In this document: one piece after another, positions 50,971-64,000 of the stretch | Position numbering within the stretch: the first letter of the stretch is position 1 | Layout of the letters: every line of letters begins with the position of its first letter | NCBI GenBank assembly: GCA_949358305.1 | Contig: OX442314.1 | Coordinates: 23,002,001 to 23,066,000 of the forward strand | Direction: 5' to 3' | Source: Strigamia acuminata | Taxonomy: Eukaryota | DNA length: 64,000 bases | Position numbers and translations under genes: made by a program | Notes under the pieces: generated by a model | What the model was told of the DNA's origin: nothing | Seen by the model: only the letters and a program-made list of their open reading frames with translations | The model's database searches: none

Positions 50971-51504
50971 AGGTGCATTTTTATTTGCGATTTTTATTTT
51001 AGCACGATTTTTAGAACTTGCTAAACAAAACTCACGCAAATATTCATTTTCAATTAAGTGGACAAATCAACGCGTGCGATTTTCCGCGCAATTAAAACTG
51101 AATCGCGCGCGTCAAATGATTCTAGCTTTCCACTATCGTATTGAAAATCGCATTTAATGCAGACCACGTAAAAATTTTAGGCCGATGGGAAGTTGATTGT
51201 TGGTCGATTGTTCCCATTGACCAGAAATTTGCCACCACGTGCAACGGGTAAGTTAATGAAATGAACAGAAAATACAACGGCAGTATTTTTCTTTTTCTTA
51301 ACAAAACCTGTTTCCGACTTTCCGTGACATTCGAGCAGCCATTTTAAAAATGTGCACAGCACGCCATTCATGCCGATAGCGACTTCTCCCATGAAAATGG
51401 TAAAGCGAAGATTGTTAACGCCATGCCTGAAATCTGCGCGTGAATGCATCACGTGCGATTTTTAGAGTGGCGCCATAATTTTAATGGCAAATGAAAATGC
51501 ACCT
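50971..51504. mobile_element. PIF/Harbinger-type (Tourist-like) MITE
   Basis: 18-bp TIRs AGGTGCATTTTTATTTGC / GCAAATGAAAATGCACCT (1 mismatch), flanked by a TAA...TAA 3-bp TSD. Confidence 0.8.
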
Positions 51505-54500
51505 TAAAGCTTTAACGGCAATAAAGTTAGGAAAAAACATGTTTTGGCAAACGAGACGAGCATTATCCAAAAGGCGAATAAATACCGTACTTAAACATAA
51601 ACACCGAAAAAAATGCTCATTACTAAACAAAAACTAGAATCTACACAATGTAACATCTTCTGCAAGTGAATTTTTGTCACGTTTGGAGTGTTCTGCACTC
51701 CAATTCTTGTCGCGTCCTTCGGTCACGCGAGATTTACGTGTCCGCCCATCAGTGACAACTGACAAGTGCTTTTGACCTATTTAACCCTTTGTATTTTTAT
51801 GAATAATGACATTATGCCAATGCGTTTAACTAAGATGGTCGCATCGTGACTCTTTTCCCAAAAACTACATCCAACTAAATCGTTACAATCCAGTGCAATC
51901 AGAACCAAGAACACATCAATGTTTTTCTCAGTTTTCACATATTTTGGCAAATAATTTGCTGGGCCACAAATATTTGCTAAAATTGTTGTCATAAACCTAT
52001 AAAATTTGATCGTGTAGATATTTTTAGACAATTATCTGATACAGCAAGAAATGTTATCGGTATTGGTCTACTTGCTTTTGTGAGTGTTCAGTCCGTTTCT
52101 ACTATAGTTTCAATTGATCGTTTCTGTCAATCTTCTACATCAAATGAAGCCGGTTGCACAGAAGTTTCATAAATTGGCGTGCATCGAAATCTAGATTCGG
52201 ATGCTTATGAAATTTTTAAGATTATACCAGATCCAACACACATTGGCAATTTAGAAAATTGAAAGCTCTCTCAAAAATGGGTTTGCACATCTGTGTACAT
52301 CTCTATGACGATGAAGCGAGCACAAAACTTCACTTATAGAGCGAGGCAGAAGGCATCCATTTTGATTGAGAGGATTGGTTTGTAAATTTAGTTTCAATAT
52401 TACAGAATGAATTTTGCTGACTAAATATGCAATTACCAGCGAGTGAATGCATTTCGAAGCTAATAAATTATTATCTTTTCCAATTTCCCTAGCGATGTAT
52501 TATTACCAAGATTTTTCTTTTACGACATTTATTCTGTTTGTCATTAGAAACGGACACGGAACTAAGCAATAATGTCAAAATTTAATATTGACATTTCTGG
52601 CTTCCTTGTTCCACGCAGTTGGAAGGAATTCATTTATGAAATTATTTTTGAAAGGTTATTAATAAATACGGAGTGGATATTGTAAATAGCAAACAATACT
52701 GGTATTATGACTTCAAACCGCTGCTTTCAGTAGCAAATACTACCGGTACGGTACTGGTATTACTACTGTTTGGCATTCCATTTTCTTTGATTGATAATTT
52801 GTGATGCTGCCCTTGCGCAGTACCACCTGTGTATTTTCCATAAATAAACGACACTTATGCTAATTCAACTACTCATCCAACGACTCATCCATCCAAGAAT
52901 ATCCAGTTACTTCCAACTGCATTCATGCAAATCCAAACAACACATCAACTACTACTACAGTTTTGCGCCTGGTATCTTGATGTCAAATTCATACTGCGCA
53001 TCCCATTCCGCGCAGTTGATTTCTTAACCCCAGTTGTTATTTAGCGGTGTTAGACCTTTCATTAGACCTAATAATGCTAAAGTGAAGTAAATAAATAACG
53101 ATCAACCCATTAACTGAAGTAATTACAGCATGGTGCCGAAATTTTTTTGCTCTATTTCCTGCAACAAAGCTTGATAATCGCCATGCGCAGTTTGAATTTT
53201 GTTAGGGCACTAACTGAAGCCATCTTCAGCCGATGCTGCCAGTTTTTATAGGAATGTGATGTTCACATGTAGTGTGTTACTGGCCATGGTCATCTAGAAA
53301 TGCTTTTAGTCAGTTGCAACTGGCAGCAGACGAGTAGAATAGAAATATTTCCAGCTTCCAGCAACTGGCGGAAGTTATTTGAAACTTTTACTTGCCAGTA
53401 GTAAATACTGCTGGCAGTAATATATGCACATTAAATAATGTACTCGATTATCCGTGTAACTAGGGTGAAATAAAAGTTTGACAAAGTAATACAGCAACTA
53501 CAGTAGAAATAATTTTTTTTATTTATTTTGTAAATTGTGGAAAGATTCAGGGCAAAAAAATGAATAAAGGATTCCAAGGAACGATTTTTTATTATTATTT
53601 GTTTCCTTTTATGTTTTATTACTTTTTGAAATATTGCTAGTGAATCTTTCTGCAGATTTTTTCCAGAAGTTCGCGCACAGTTTGATGAAAGCCAATTCCT
53701 TTCATATACTTTCTAAAAAAAAACACATTTCCCCCTTGTGTATTGTATTATTGATGATGTAAAAAATTTGGCTTTTTTTGTTTCAGCAGTGTTAGTTTTT
53801 TGTTGACTTTGCAAGTTTTTGTAAATAAAGAGACTTTCTGGAAAGTGACCACTTCTTCTCTTTAAAAGTATTCTGTTTTATCAAATACCAAAAAATATCT
53901 TTCCAAAATATGGAAAAAGTTTTTGTGGCAATTTTGCTAGAAATTTATTGCCTTAATTAGTTTTTGTAACTAATTAACTAAATTATGAAGAAACTATACT
54001 TGGCAATATAATATGCATGCACAGCAAACTTTCTTAGGTTGAAAAACCAAATTTTTTTGTTGCAGCATTAAAACTTAACCTGTTTATATTTACAGTTGGG
54101 TTTTCAGGGCATTTTTGCACATTGCATGCTTCGGGCTTGCTCTACTCGCATTATAAAAATTGAATTCAATTATTTACATCTCAAGATGTACTTAGGCAAA
54201 TAATAGCAAAGTTATCTTAATAATTTAGCTCATATTCAAATCGGTGTTGATGTACAGATTAATCTCGACGGCAGATGGTTAGACAGTTGAAACTTTCCCA
54301 TTTGTAATCTCACAGACCATTAAAATCAAGCTTCAATACACTTTATGCAATTATATTTCCATAATTAAAGCTCAAATAAAATCTTTTAATTTCTCCTGTA
54401 AACGAATGTATCAAAATTCTTGGAATGAAATTACGTTTCTGCCATCTGCATGCACCTGTAATTTAATTTTGCCTGAATTCAAATTCAACGTAAACAATAC

Positions 54501-56100
54501 AGACTGCGACTAATTAGCGGTTTGTTGCGGAAAAACCAAAAACCAAATCACTTTGACCTCAACAGTGTTTGGCTTTGCTAAAACCCATAATTTATTTATA
54601 CTCATGATGGTGTCTCATTACTTACACTTTGCATTTAAAAAATGAAGGCTGAAAGGATTAGTGGATAAGTGGAATCAATCAAAAATGTTCATGAGCTTAG
54701 GCAAGACAAATCGTTGGCTATAGTATACAGTGATTCAATTATTTAAAGGATAAAATATTATAATCGTAATTTGGTTTTTACGACCGTTTAAAGGGCACAG
54801 GGTCGAGATGTTGGTATAAATTTATTAAAAAATGCAATTAACTTCACCAAATACTTAAAACAAATATAATTTCAATAAAATTTCATTTGTAAACAACTAA
54901 ACTAAAGGCATGGACGCAGATAAGAGGCTAAGAATAAATATTTTGCTCAATCAAATTGCACATTTATTGTATTTGGGTTGGAGAAAGTTATTCTTTGAAA
55001 ATCGCTCGTCGTGCACCGTATTTTATAAGTAAATATTTATTTTTCAAGAAAATGAATTTTTTTTGTGCCTTTTCGATTGATCAACTGCAATGGGCATTCT
55101 ACAGACAGTTTTTCAATTTGAAAAATGTTTCTTTGTTTTTTTTGGGGGGCTTTTTTATCGTTTTAAATTTAGTAGGGATATTGCAGTTTTTTTTTCGCTT
55201 TATCACTTAGAAAAATCTTCAAAAGAAACTAACCATTATTTTTTTCAATATCTTTAAAAGGAAGCGGTAAAATGTCTCCAACACCTGTAAGATTATAGCT
55301 AATGGCTGCCATTGTGCGAGGCTCCTAAATATTTCTAATGTAATTACTTAATGTACCCGACCTACACTCGCCTCATGGGATCATAAGCACGAGCTGACAA
55401 AATTGTACTGCCTTAATGAGTCAGGCTATATTGTTTAAAACAATTTTTTAAAATATCATTTTATAAAAAATTAACGTTAAAATTAAATAGCGCTTTACAA
55501 GACCGATTTCATTTATTCATAATATGTTGGGTTAAGTGCAGAAGCCATTTTTTTTTAGGAAATTATTTATTTATTTACATTGAGCTTATTTAATTTACAA
55601 TCGAATGGCCAGTTCTGCGCTCAAAGTCAGCTCCTCTGGCTATTGAGTGAAGATAAACAAAACTAGACATTGTATCCGGTTATTGGAAAGAAAACAGATG
55701 CAAAATAAATAAGAAAATCTAGTATATCTGCAACAACACAGATTTTATCCTCTATACCAAATTGAATTACAGACGACTGGGGGCAGTAGCACGTTTGGTG
55801 GACACCAAAAAAGAGAAGCACATCACGAGATTAATACAAACAACAGTAAGAAAACAAAAATTTGTGAAGACAACGGAAGGAGGAAGGAATAATGGGTTTG
55901 TTTTTTCACAAGGTGCGGGATTTTCATATCAATAAGTTTGAAAATCAATTAATAGTTGAAGAAAACAACTGTTCCGTTATGTTGTAAAAGGATGCTTGAG
56001 ATTTGTAACTATAAAAGTGGATTTAATGTCCGTTCATATTTAGCTTGACTCAAAAGGAAGTGACGACACAGCGGTTGTATCCCCGAAGACTATTAAAACT

Positions 56101-56113
56101 CGCCATCTGGTGG
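56101..56113 (-). promoter_or_regulatory. CTCF-consensus-like site
   Basis: Plus strand CGCCATCTGGTGG equals minus strand CCACCAGATGGCG, matching the CCASYAGRKGGCR consensus. Motif match only. Confidence 0.4.
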
Positions 56114-56327
56114 TCATGTGCACTAACAGACCCATAACATCTAGATATTGGATCTATACGCGACACATACACTTTAAATGATTGAAACAATACAACAGTT
56201 TAGTTCAAACATTTTATCTAAAACCGAGCGATGCGAAACGTTTTTTATTTTTTAAAACGCATTGCTCGTGATAAGGCAAACCGTTCTTCAACGGGATTGG
56301 ATCGTTCTTCTTGAGGTAGGATGAAGG

Positions 56328-56408
56328 AACGGCCTATCAAACTGATCACCGGTTCCCATTTGAACACAGAAGTTAAGCAGCATTTGGTCTGGTCGATACT
56401 TGGATGGG
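56328..56408 (+). pseudogene. 5S rRNA-derived fragment (3'-truncated pseudogene or head of a 5S-derived SINE)
   Basis: AACGGCCTATCAAACTGATCACCGGTTCCCATTTGAACACAGAAGTTAAGCAGCATTTGGTCTGGTCGATACTTGGATGGG aligns with metazoan 5S (box A GAAGTTAAGCAG, box C TACTTGGATGGG). Similarity stops after box C and no oligo-T terminator follows. Confidence 0.75.
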
Positions 56409-59400
56409 CAAAGTTTGACCTAAGTATAACTGCGAGTTTGGTGATTTTTTTTCTAGTTCTTGAATGGCTGGGTCCACTAAAAACTACTTGCACATTCTCT
56501 TTGGTCTTTGCATCAACCGGCTTTAGAAGTCGTGACATTAAGAATAAATTGGCATTTTCTGCTGCTGTGAGGAGAAAACGCTCTTTTCCTTCTGCCATTC
56601 ATAGTACGGTGAGCTTCCTTGTTCCTCTTTGCACAGACATTCACTTCTTTTTTCATGTCTCTTTAACTGACTCGACGAGTGATTCAATGGAAATAAATGG
56701 CAGACTCATTAAAGAAAATCTTTCATTTAACCGGGAAATCTGTTTGAAATAAAATGGATCTAAAATATTCATTCATCTCGTCGGTGTTTTTAAGGGGCTA
56801 CTTTACTTCACCGCAACACTTAGCTGCATTCGAAAAGCCATTTAGACTAGAAAATTTTTTTAAACAAGCAGTTTAAGTGCTTGTTTAAACTCAACTTTTC
56901 GAATGTAAATTTGGTGTTTATTTGATCTGTATTTATTTGAGGGTTGGCTCGATATAACTTACAAAATGACGGCCAATTTAGTCGGATTTCAGACGCAGTG
57001 GACATGTACGAACGTTTAAACGATAAATTATGTTTAGTTGCAATTCTACACACGCTTTCTAGCATTTTAAATTTTCTTACAGTTGAACAGTCTTTAAGTT
57101 TTGTTGTTTACATTTTAGTGTTATCAGTTGTTAAAGGACATAGCAATGAAATTCCATGTTTATGGTTTTGATGCTCCAAATGTTTTAAAAGTTCTACGTT
57201 CTAGGTTTTAATTCATCCGGTTTCTGATTAAACATGTCAGACTCAGATTAAGTGAGGATCTGATATGTGCATGTTCGTTCAAGAGCGGACAGGCTTCTAC
57301 TTGTATGTTGGTATTAAACCATAAACAAATTCTTCGTGTTGATGTTGCGCAAATGTTTTAAGCCGACGTGATTTTAGTTGCAAATAGTGTTTTTTTAGAA
57401 TCACTTACAGTGAATAAAATTAAAAGCGTGATTTGAAGATGATAAATAAATCGGTAACAACATAATTTCAAATGTTTGCAATAATGGATTACCGAAATCA
57501 TTCATTCCTCAAATATTTACAATTATCTCATGAATGAAATACTGTTCTAATACATCAAAGTTACTTCATTCGAATAACACCACTGCAAAAGAACAGCGTC
57601 TTCATATAGATTAATTAACCCAATCCTAAGCTTAAAAGAAAATCCTGGAAGCATTGATACTGTAAAAGCTAAGCCTTTAATCGGCCTGTAAGTCTTACTG
57701 GTAGTAATTTGTTTTCTATGCAGTTCCAGTCAAGTCTGTTTAGTTATTAGAAGAAAACAAAAATAATTTGTAAAAACAAAGACACGAATGCGTCTTTAAA
57801 ACTTGTTTATATTTTTCAAACCAGTCCGAATGAATGTAAAATTTTACGTGCTAAATTTTACGCCTAGTTTGAAGGTCCGAAATATAAAAGAACAACAAAA
57901 CTGGTGTTAGTTGAATGGGAATACATTAATTGGATAACATGTAAATGCAAATCAGTGCGATTAAAAATTTCATTACAACGTTAAACACTGTTGTCCGTAT
58001 AAAAATGTGAAAAATACTTCCTTATCACATTGTTGAAACCAGACAAAGCAGATCACAATACACCAGCAGGCATGTTTGAAAATCCTATTATGATTACGAA
58101 ATAACTTTAGAATGTAGCGAGTGTGTAGTTACTTAGTCGCCTACGCTTTTGTTAGAGTTACATGCAATAATCTATCGATTACAAAAGCAAGGGCATTTAG
58201 GATCAATATTAAGGCATTTCCAATTCGAAGAATACAAAACGATTTTTAACAACAAAGGTAATCTAGACGATTAGTTAGTATGATTGGTTATAGTAATTAT
58301 TTTTCGTATTTATTTTTACTCCTTGAAATACATTGCATAATTATGTGATAACGCGCTTAAGGAGTCATTTGACCTCATTAACCAATGAAATGGTAGAAAC
58401 GATTTTCAGCACTGAATAGAAAGTTGGTGTAGTATTTATTGATCGTGACACGCATGTTTATACAATGTGTATAAAATTGATCCATTTGCATTAATTGCGA
58501 CATGTGAACTCGTTTTAACTAGAACCACGCCTCTTTTTTTCTTCTTTTCCTTTACCCCATTACGCTTTGAAGAACGAAAATTAGACTAAGACAAAAAGAA
58601 ATCCGGCGTTGAACTCTAAAACCTATTAGCAGTGAATAATTTGAGATAATAAGACACCCGCACGGTCGGCTTGTTTTTCTGGCTTTGGATGACATTTTAT
58701 ACTAATTTGATTGTGCAGAAAAACTAAGATCTGTCCCACGAGTTAATTACTTTTATAGATTTTCTAGATTTTGAAGTTACGCTCAAAGTAGACATGCCCG
58801 AGCAATCTGGTTGTAATCTCTTGCCCCTTGTGCTTTGCTGCGCTACACAAACATTAATTTCTCATAAAAATACAATGGAATTACAGTGGGGGGAAAACCT
58901 GGTTCAAAAAGTCTATTGTCGGGGTATTTTCTTAGCTCGTTCATAAAGTTTAGTGACAGAGAAATTTACTTCGGTTTAAACTGTCAACTGGCAAGGTAAT
59001 TCATTTTGGCACAAAATATCTATTACCATCAATGTTTTTTTTTTATCTTGGCCCAAAAATGTCATTTGCCAGGTTTTCTTTTGTTTACTAGGACATTTGT
59101 TATCACGAGAAAAGAAAAAACTACTTCCAGACAATTGGCAAATACATACATTGTAACTAGATTAAAAATTTAAGTCTAAGTTTTTGTGAAATCCTTGTTG
59201 TTTTTATAAAGTGTTAAAAATTCTAGTATAAGAACATAATGCAATAAATTGGCGTACTAACACCAACTTTTTATTCAGAAAAAGTCATGTCCTGTTATTA
59301 AAATGCAATTTTTCTTGATGGATTATGAAGATCTGCAATTTGCATGTGTGAATGGGAATGAAAGTGTGCGAATAAACATCTCGTTTGGTCCTGTTGGGGC

Positions 59401-62400
59401 TTTGTTGGGAATTAGAAATGTTTTTTAGTGCTTTAGAAAACATTTTTTATTATGTGTTTAGTTAAGTTATAAAATTGTCCTACGAGATTACTAACGAGTT
59501 CTAAAGAGGAGGAGAGAGAAAGATAAGAGCAACCTATGAACTCGTTAAGTAAATAAAAGCTCGTTTAAATCCACGGTGAGCCATTTCGTGGGCACTAATG
59601 ACGCTCCAGCATTTACATTTAGTTAAATTGGTCTAACTATTTAAGCTGGGGCGTTGTTTCCTGTACCTATAAATGTTTAGTTTAGAAAACAATAAATAAT
59701 TACTAGGATTATCAATAAAAGGCATCAAGTTTTTTCCTTATTGATTTTCCATAAGGATCCTGTTGCGTTTCCATTTTTTGGACCCGCGCACAAGGTTTTT
59801 GATGTACCCAACTGTACCTAGGACTATTAACGCACTTCAATAGTGATATTCACAGTACATTAGCACTAATACAGCATTAGACAGTACTTATTTTCGCATG
59901 GAGCAAACAAAGGGAATTTTTTTGTTTCAATTTAGTTTACTGACGTGTTGCACTTAAGCGCGCGAGGTTCAATTAACTTGTAGTGGGTGAGGGGGAGTGC
60001 ATTATATGGGTGTAAGTGCACTGTTGCTGAATTCAGTGGTGAATCAATACTCTCTGGGGCCCCTAGTCACAGGTATCTTGGGGGCCCTCGACGCTCGGGC
60101 TTGCGACTAAAAGTGCACTTTTAGCTGCTCAAATACAATTATTTGCAAAAAGTAAATATTTCTTTTAATAAAAGTAATTATTTAACGTTTATAAAGAATG
60201 TTTGAAAGCTCGCACTCTCGGCACAAACTCACGATTTCGAATTATCACAATCTGTTGTGAGCATGCGCAATAAAAACTTAGGAACTGGTGGTACAGTTGT
60301 TGAGACTTTTCTATTATGTTTTCACTTGATACTGGCAATAGAAAAACTAAAAAAAAAAAAGGATTGGTTTTTTTTTTGCTCTATAAACGAAGTACGACAC
60401 TCGCATTTTAATTTGGGGAAAGCTGGGAAAAAATTGCAATTTTCGACTCAACCACACCAATCAAAAAATTAAATTTTCGACAGAGGTGGGAGCCGTTTTT
60501 CTAAAATAAAATAAAAATATTTAATAGCGACATTTTTACAGTTTGTTTTCTGAGTTGCGCCATATTGGTTTTGACTTTCGATATTCAGATTTCAAAGGTT
60601 TGCGCACCTCCAAGAAGCGTAAATATTCGCATTTCATGTAAACATTGGAGAAATGGGAATATCAGAAATTCTCATTTCAAGCTTTTTGTAAATTCTCATT
60701 TTCCCCATATTTGCGACTACGCTTTCCAACTATTTTTCATTTATACAAACACATACACCCCTAGTGGATTAATGTTAATGTTAAACCGAAAGAGATCGCA
60801 GAGGTTAAGGTGCACGTGTCATGTGCACTCTAACGACAACAAATTGTTTTGCACGAGGTTTTGGGTCAATAAGAGATATAAAACTCCTAAAAATTCATAA
60901 AGAAAAACAAAGCAAAATGTATTTGTCAGTTTTATTTGATTTATGTATTTTTATTTTTTCAATTGCTACATCTAATGTTGTAACCACTTTAAAACACGTA
61001 ATATTTTTTGCCATATGATTTAAACTGCAGGCTATCTGCGAGCAGTTTTTCGTTTTTGTTTTTCTGACGGCTGACGACATCTTTCTGATGTGTGCTCCGA
61101 ATTTAACAGCCGCAAGATAAATACGTTTTGACGTCGCCAAAACCGAAATAATAGAATTTTTTCCTTTTCCAATATTTTAATCTTATACTTGGAGTGGTAA
61201 ATAAATTTGAACCCATTTCTGTCATAATTGAATTACGGCTTTGGCCATTCTTTACCAAGATAAAACTGATTCTATTAATTCATTCACAGAACACTTAACC
61301 ATTCGATTTCTCAATTCCTTTCATCGAATTTTAAATCCCACGCTGCTTATACGAGAAAATCCAATTAATTTCTTCAATAGGGTCGAGTCAAATAGGTTTA
61401 GTGGTGCACATTAAAATCACGAGTGATGTTTAAATACGAAAAATGTTGTGTTGTGTGACCAGTTTCAGTTTCAATCCGACCATGGCAGCTTTAATTCTTG
61501 TTTAGTATAGGGGCTTAAATGATTTATGATCTTGATTTTTATCGTTTTATTATTTTTTTTAGTTTGGTATAATGTGTTTTGTTTTTCGTTTCGAGTGTAA
61601 ACTTTTTTCTACCTTTTGATTAGTAATGTAAACCGGAAATTTATCAGGAAATTGGTTTTCTATACTTGGTACCATGTAATAGATGTTTGTCACTTTTTTC
61701 TTTCTTTTTTTAAAAGAAAAAGAAGGAAATAAAAAAAAAACAGGTGAATTAGGAGTTTCAAACTAAGTGCACTGATTACTTAAATTGAAGAATAGAAGTC
61801 AAACCTATTAGTTAAGTCTAATCTAGCTCACCACGCATGTGCATCTGAAGTCTTTTGTTCATTCAAACCGAACGAAATGAAATGAATAATTGATGTTGTT
61901 AATTCGTGACAGCCTAAAAAAAGACGAAAACGTTATTTTTCGTCTATACAACGATAACATTACGGTTTCCCACTGCTTTTTTTGTAATTTTTCTTCCACA
62001 TTTGATTGATTTGATAATGTAAATCGATTACTTTCGCCAACAATTTCCGGTGAACAAAGGAATAGAGAATTTAATCGATCTTTCCTTAAACATTATGTTG
62101 GGTTATTGAGAAAACAAATACCCAGGTATTCAGTTGTTGAAAAATGAAAACGATTGTAAAAATGAAGTGGGGATGATTCTTTTCTCAAAGTCCTCAATAA
62201 AAACAAATGGAATGAAAATCCAGGTTATTTTTTCCCCCTTTTCTACTTTCTAGATCCAATTCACCAGAATTTTCTATTTGTTTTCCAAAAATGTAAAAAG
62301 GGTGTCTCTATAAAGAGACTTGACAAGTGAGATGATCGATTGTATTTTTCATCAACTTTCGATTCACTAAGAGTAGAAATGAAATGTAAATTGATTTCGT

Positions 62401-62476
62401 TTTTTTTTCTTCCCGTTTTTATCTTTCTTTCTTTCTTTTTATTTTGTTTGTTTTTTATTTCTTTTCTTTTTTTTAG

Positions 62477-62614
62477 TGCGATGCAGCTGTTGGAATGAAA
62501 GCTTTTTTTGACATGATGTACAAAAGTCCTACTAAAGTCATTCTCTTTGGCGCTGCGTGCACACAAGTTACCGATCCAGTGGCCAAGACGTCGAGAATTT
62601 GGTATCTGACACAG
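62477..62614 (+). CDS. GABBR2: GABA-B receptor subunit 2-like, copy B, second coding exon (46 aa), after an 18.7-kb intron (43749-62476)
   Basis: A long polypyrimidine tract plus TAG acceptor is followed by CDAAVGMKAFFDMMYKSPTKVILFGAACTQVTDPVAKTSRIWYLTQ and donor CAG|GTAAGA. The 138-nt phase 0-0 exon joins exon 1 in frame (NDTK-CDAA). It is very close to the recalled Drosophila GABA-B-R2 segment CNAAVGVKSFFDMMHSGPNKVMLFGAACTHVTDPIAKASKHWHLTQ. It is absent from the ORF track because it is short. Confidence 0.93.
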
Positions 62615-64000
62615 GTAAGAGTGTGACGTTTTTAACTTTATGGTCGTTGTTTTGTCAATTGTTCGTGTAAGTAGTGTTCTATTGTCTTCTATTACCCACT
62701 CTTCTCGTAATCGTGTCTCGCTTTCTCACTTTTTTTAGTGGTTTCTGTATCTGGGGAGTAATTAAATCAATCCTTGTCGCGGGTGTGTGTGTCAAGTAGT
62801 CATAAATATCAATCAATGTGGTGTGATCAACTGCTGTTCTTCTTCGGGAGAAAGAATTGAGTTTTATGTCGTGATTTTCTGAGTTAAATAACATCCAATC
62901 TGTGAAAATGTGAATTTTATACGAGTTACGGTAGAGAAGTTTTTATTATATTTAGGTATACTCCATTTAATAATTCAAAATTTCCATATTTTTCCTCATT
63001 TAGCTTTCATTTGTGTTTGGAAATAGGATGTGTTGGGGGAATATTATAACGTTATTGTTTCATTTATTTTCATTTATTTTATTTAGCTTGCTTGAGTTTG
63101 ACCCCGTATGGCGAACTCCATTCAGCAAGTCAATTACCTTTGGCTATTAAAGTATAGATAAAAGTTGCGTTTATATATATCAGTCTATTTATGGTTGCTG
63201 GTGGCAAGAGGTAATTCTCCAGTGTGTCGACAGCTTGCAATGTCGACGGGTCATACAAATTTGAAGGTTTTATATTCTTTTTATGCAGATTTAATTATCG
63301 CATTAGTGGTGTTCAATCTGACAAGAAGTTTTCATATGTTCCGATTATTTGAATTACTGTACTTTATATCTTCTAATTGTGCACTGCGAGCTATTTGCTA
63401 TAATTTCTTCTCCCCGCGTGCAATTGGATGCCCGCGCGGTAATAGAGACCCGCAGACAATAAGAAGATACCGTATATGATATGCAAATTTTCTGCATGTA
63501 TTTCGCAAATGCCAAAGTATTCAATGAGACAAATAAATCCGTTATATTGGCGATTATCCAGCTTTAGGATGAAGCGCGATCAGTATTGTGTGAAGTAGCT
63601 TGAAGATTTAATTTGGAGATTATTAGCGTGTGAATTGCGACTTTTGATTCTGTTTAATAGCACGTTGTGTAAACGGGAATTCTATTATCAAATAATACTG
63701 AATTTTATTAATTTCAATATATAGAATTGGTCATCAATTTATTGCGTAATTGTATAGTCGTTTGACAATTTTTTTGGGATTTTATTTTAAGATTTTTATT
63801 TATTTTTACTTTTTTTGAAAACTGTATAGCACAAACGTCTGAAGAGTTTTGATGCGATACCAGCAATATTGCAATCATTTTTATTCTTTCCTACGTTCTG
63901 CCACACAGCACCACAAGAAAAGAAAAGAAAATAGAATTTATTTTCGCCATTTCTAACACTTCAACAGCAGCAGGCCAACATGAACAATACTATTTTAAGT

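Noticed and set aside
52958..53025. Minus-strand peptide WDAQYEFDIKIPGAK resembling a Gypsy RNase H motif
   Set aside because: Too short and bounded by stops; would need a profile search.
60107..60124. Short perfect palindromes (CTAAAAGTGCACTTTTAG; also ACTTAGACGTCTAAGT near 48724)
   Set aside because: Isolated 16-18 bp palindromes with no context; not distinguishable from chance or transposon debris.

Overview
AT-rich eukaryotic genomic DNA, probably from an arthropod or other protostome (judged from the GABA-B-R2-like and H2A sequences; the taxon cannot be fixed from sequence alone). Most of the window is non-coding. (1) Two paralogous GABA-B receptor subunit 2-like genes (class C GPCR) lie head-to-head about 37.8 kb apart. 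Copy A has its first coding exon on the minus strand (5454-5684). Copy B has its first coding exon at 43479-43748 and its second at 62477-62614 on the plus strand. (2) An intact, very recent Ty1/Copia LTR retrotransposon sits at 19880-24489 on the minus strand, with identical 161-bp LTRs, ACATT target-site duplication (TSD), a tRNA-iMet primer-binding site (PBS), a polypurine tract (PPT) and a single 1354-aa gag-pol ORF. (3) A solitary divergent histone H2A copy at 34337-34685 has a frameshifting deletion that an upstream ATG at 34305 could bypass. (4) A truncated 5S rRNA-derived sequence lies at 56328-56408. (5) There are several MITE-like elements, hairpins and minisatellites. I found no clear evidence of a wholly new system. 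The best leads are the duplicated divergent GABA-B-R2 pair with uORF-laden leaders and the possibly rescued H2A. All homology calls are from recall and by-eye alignment, not database searches.
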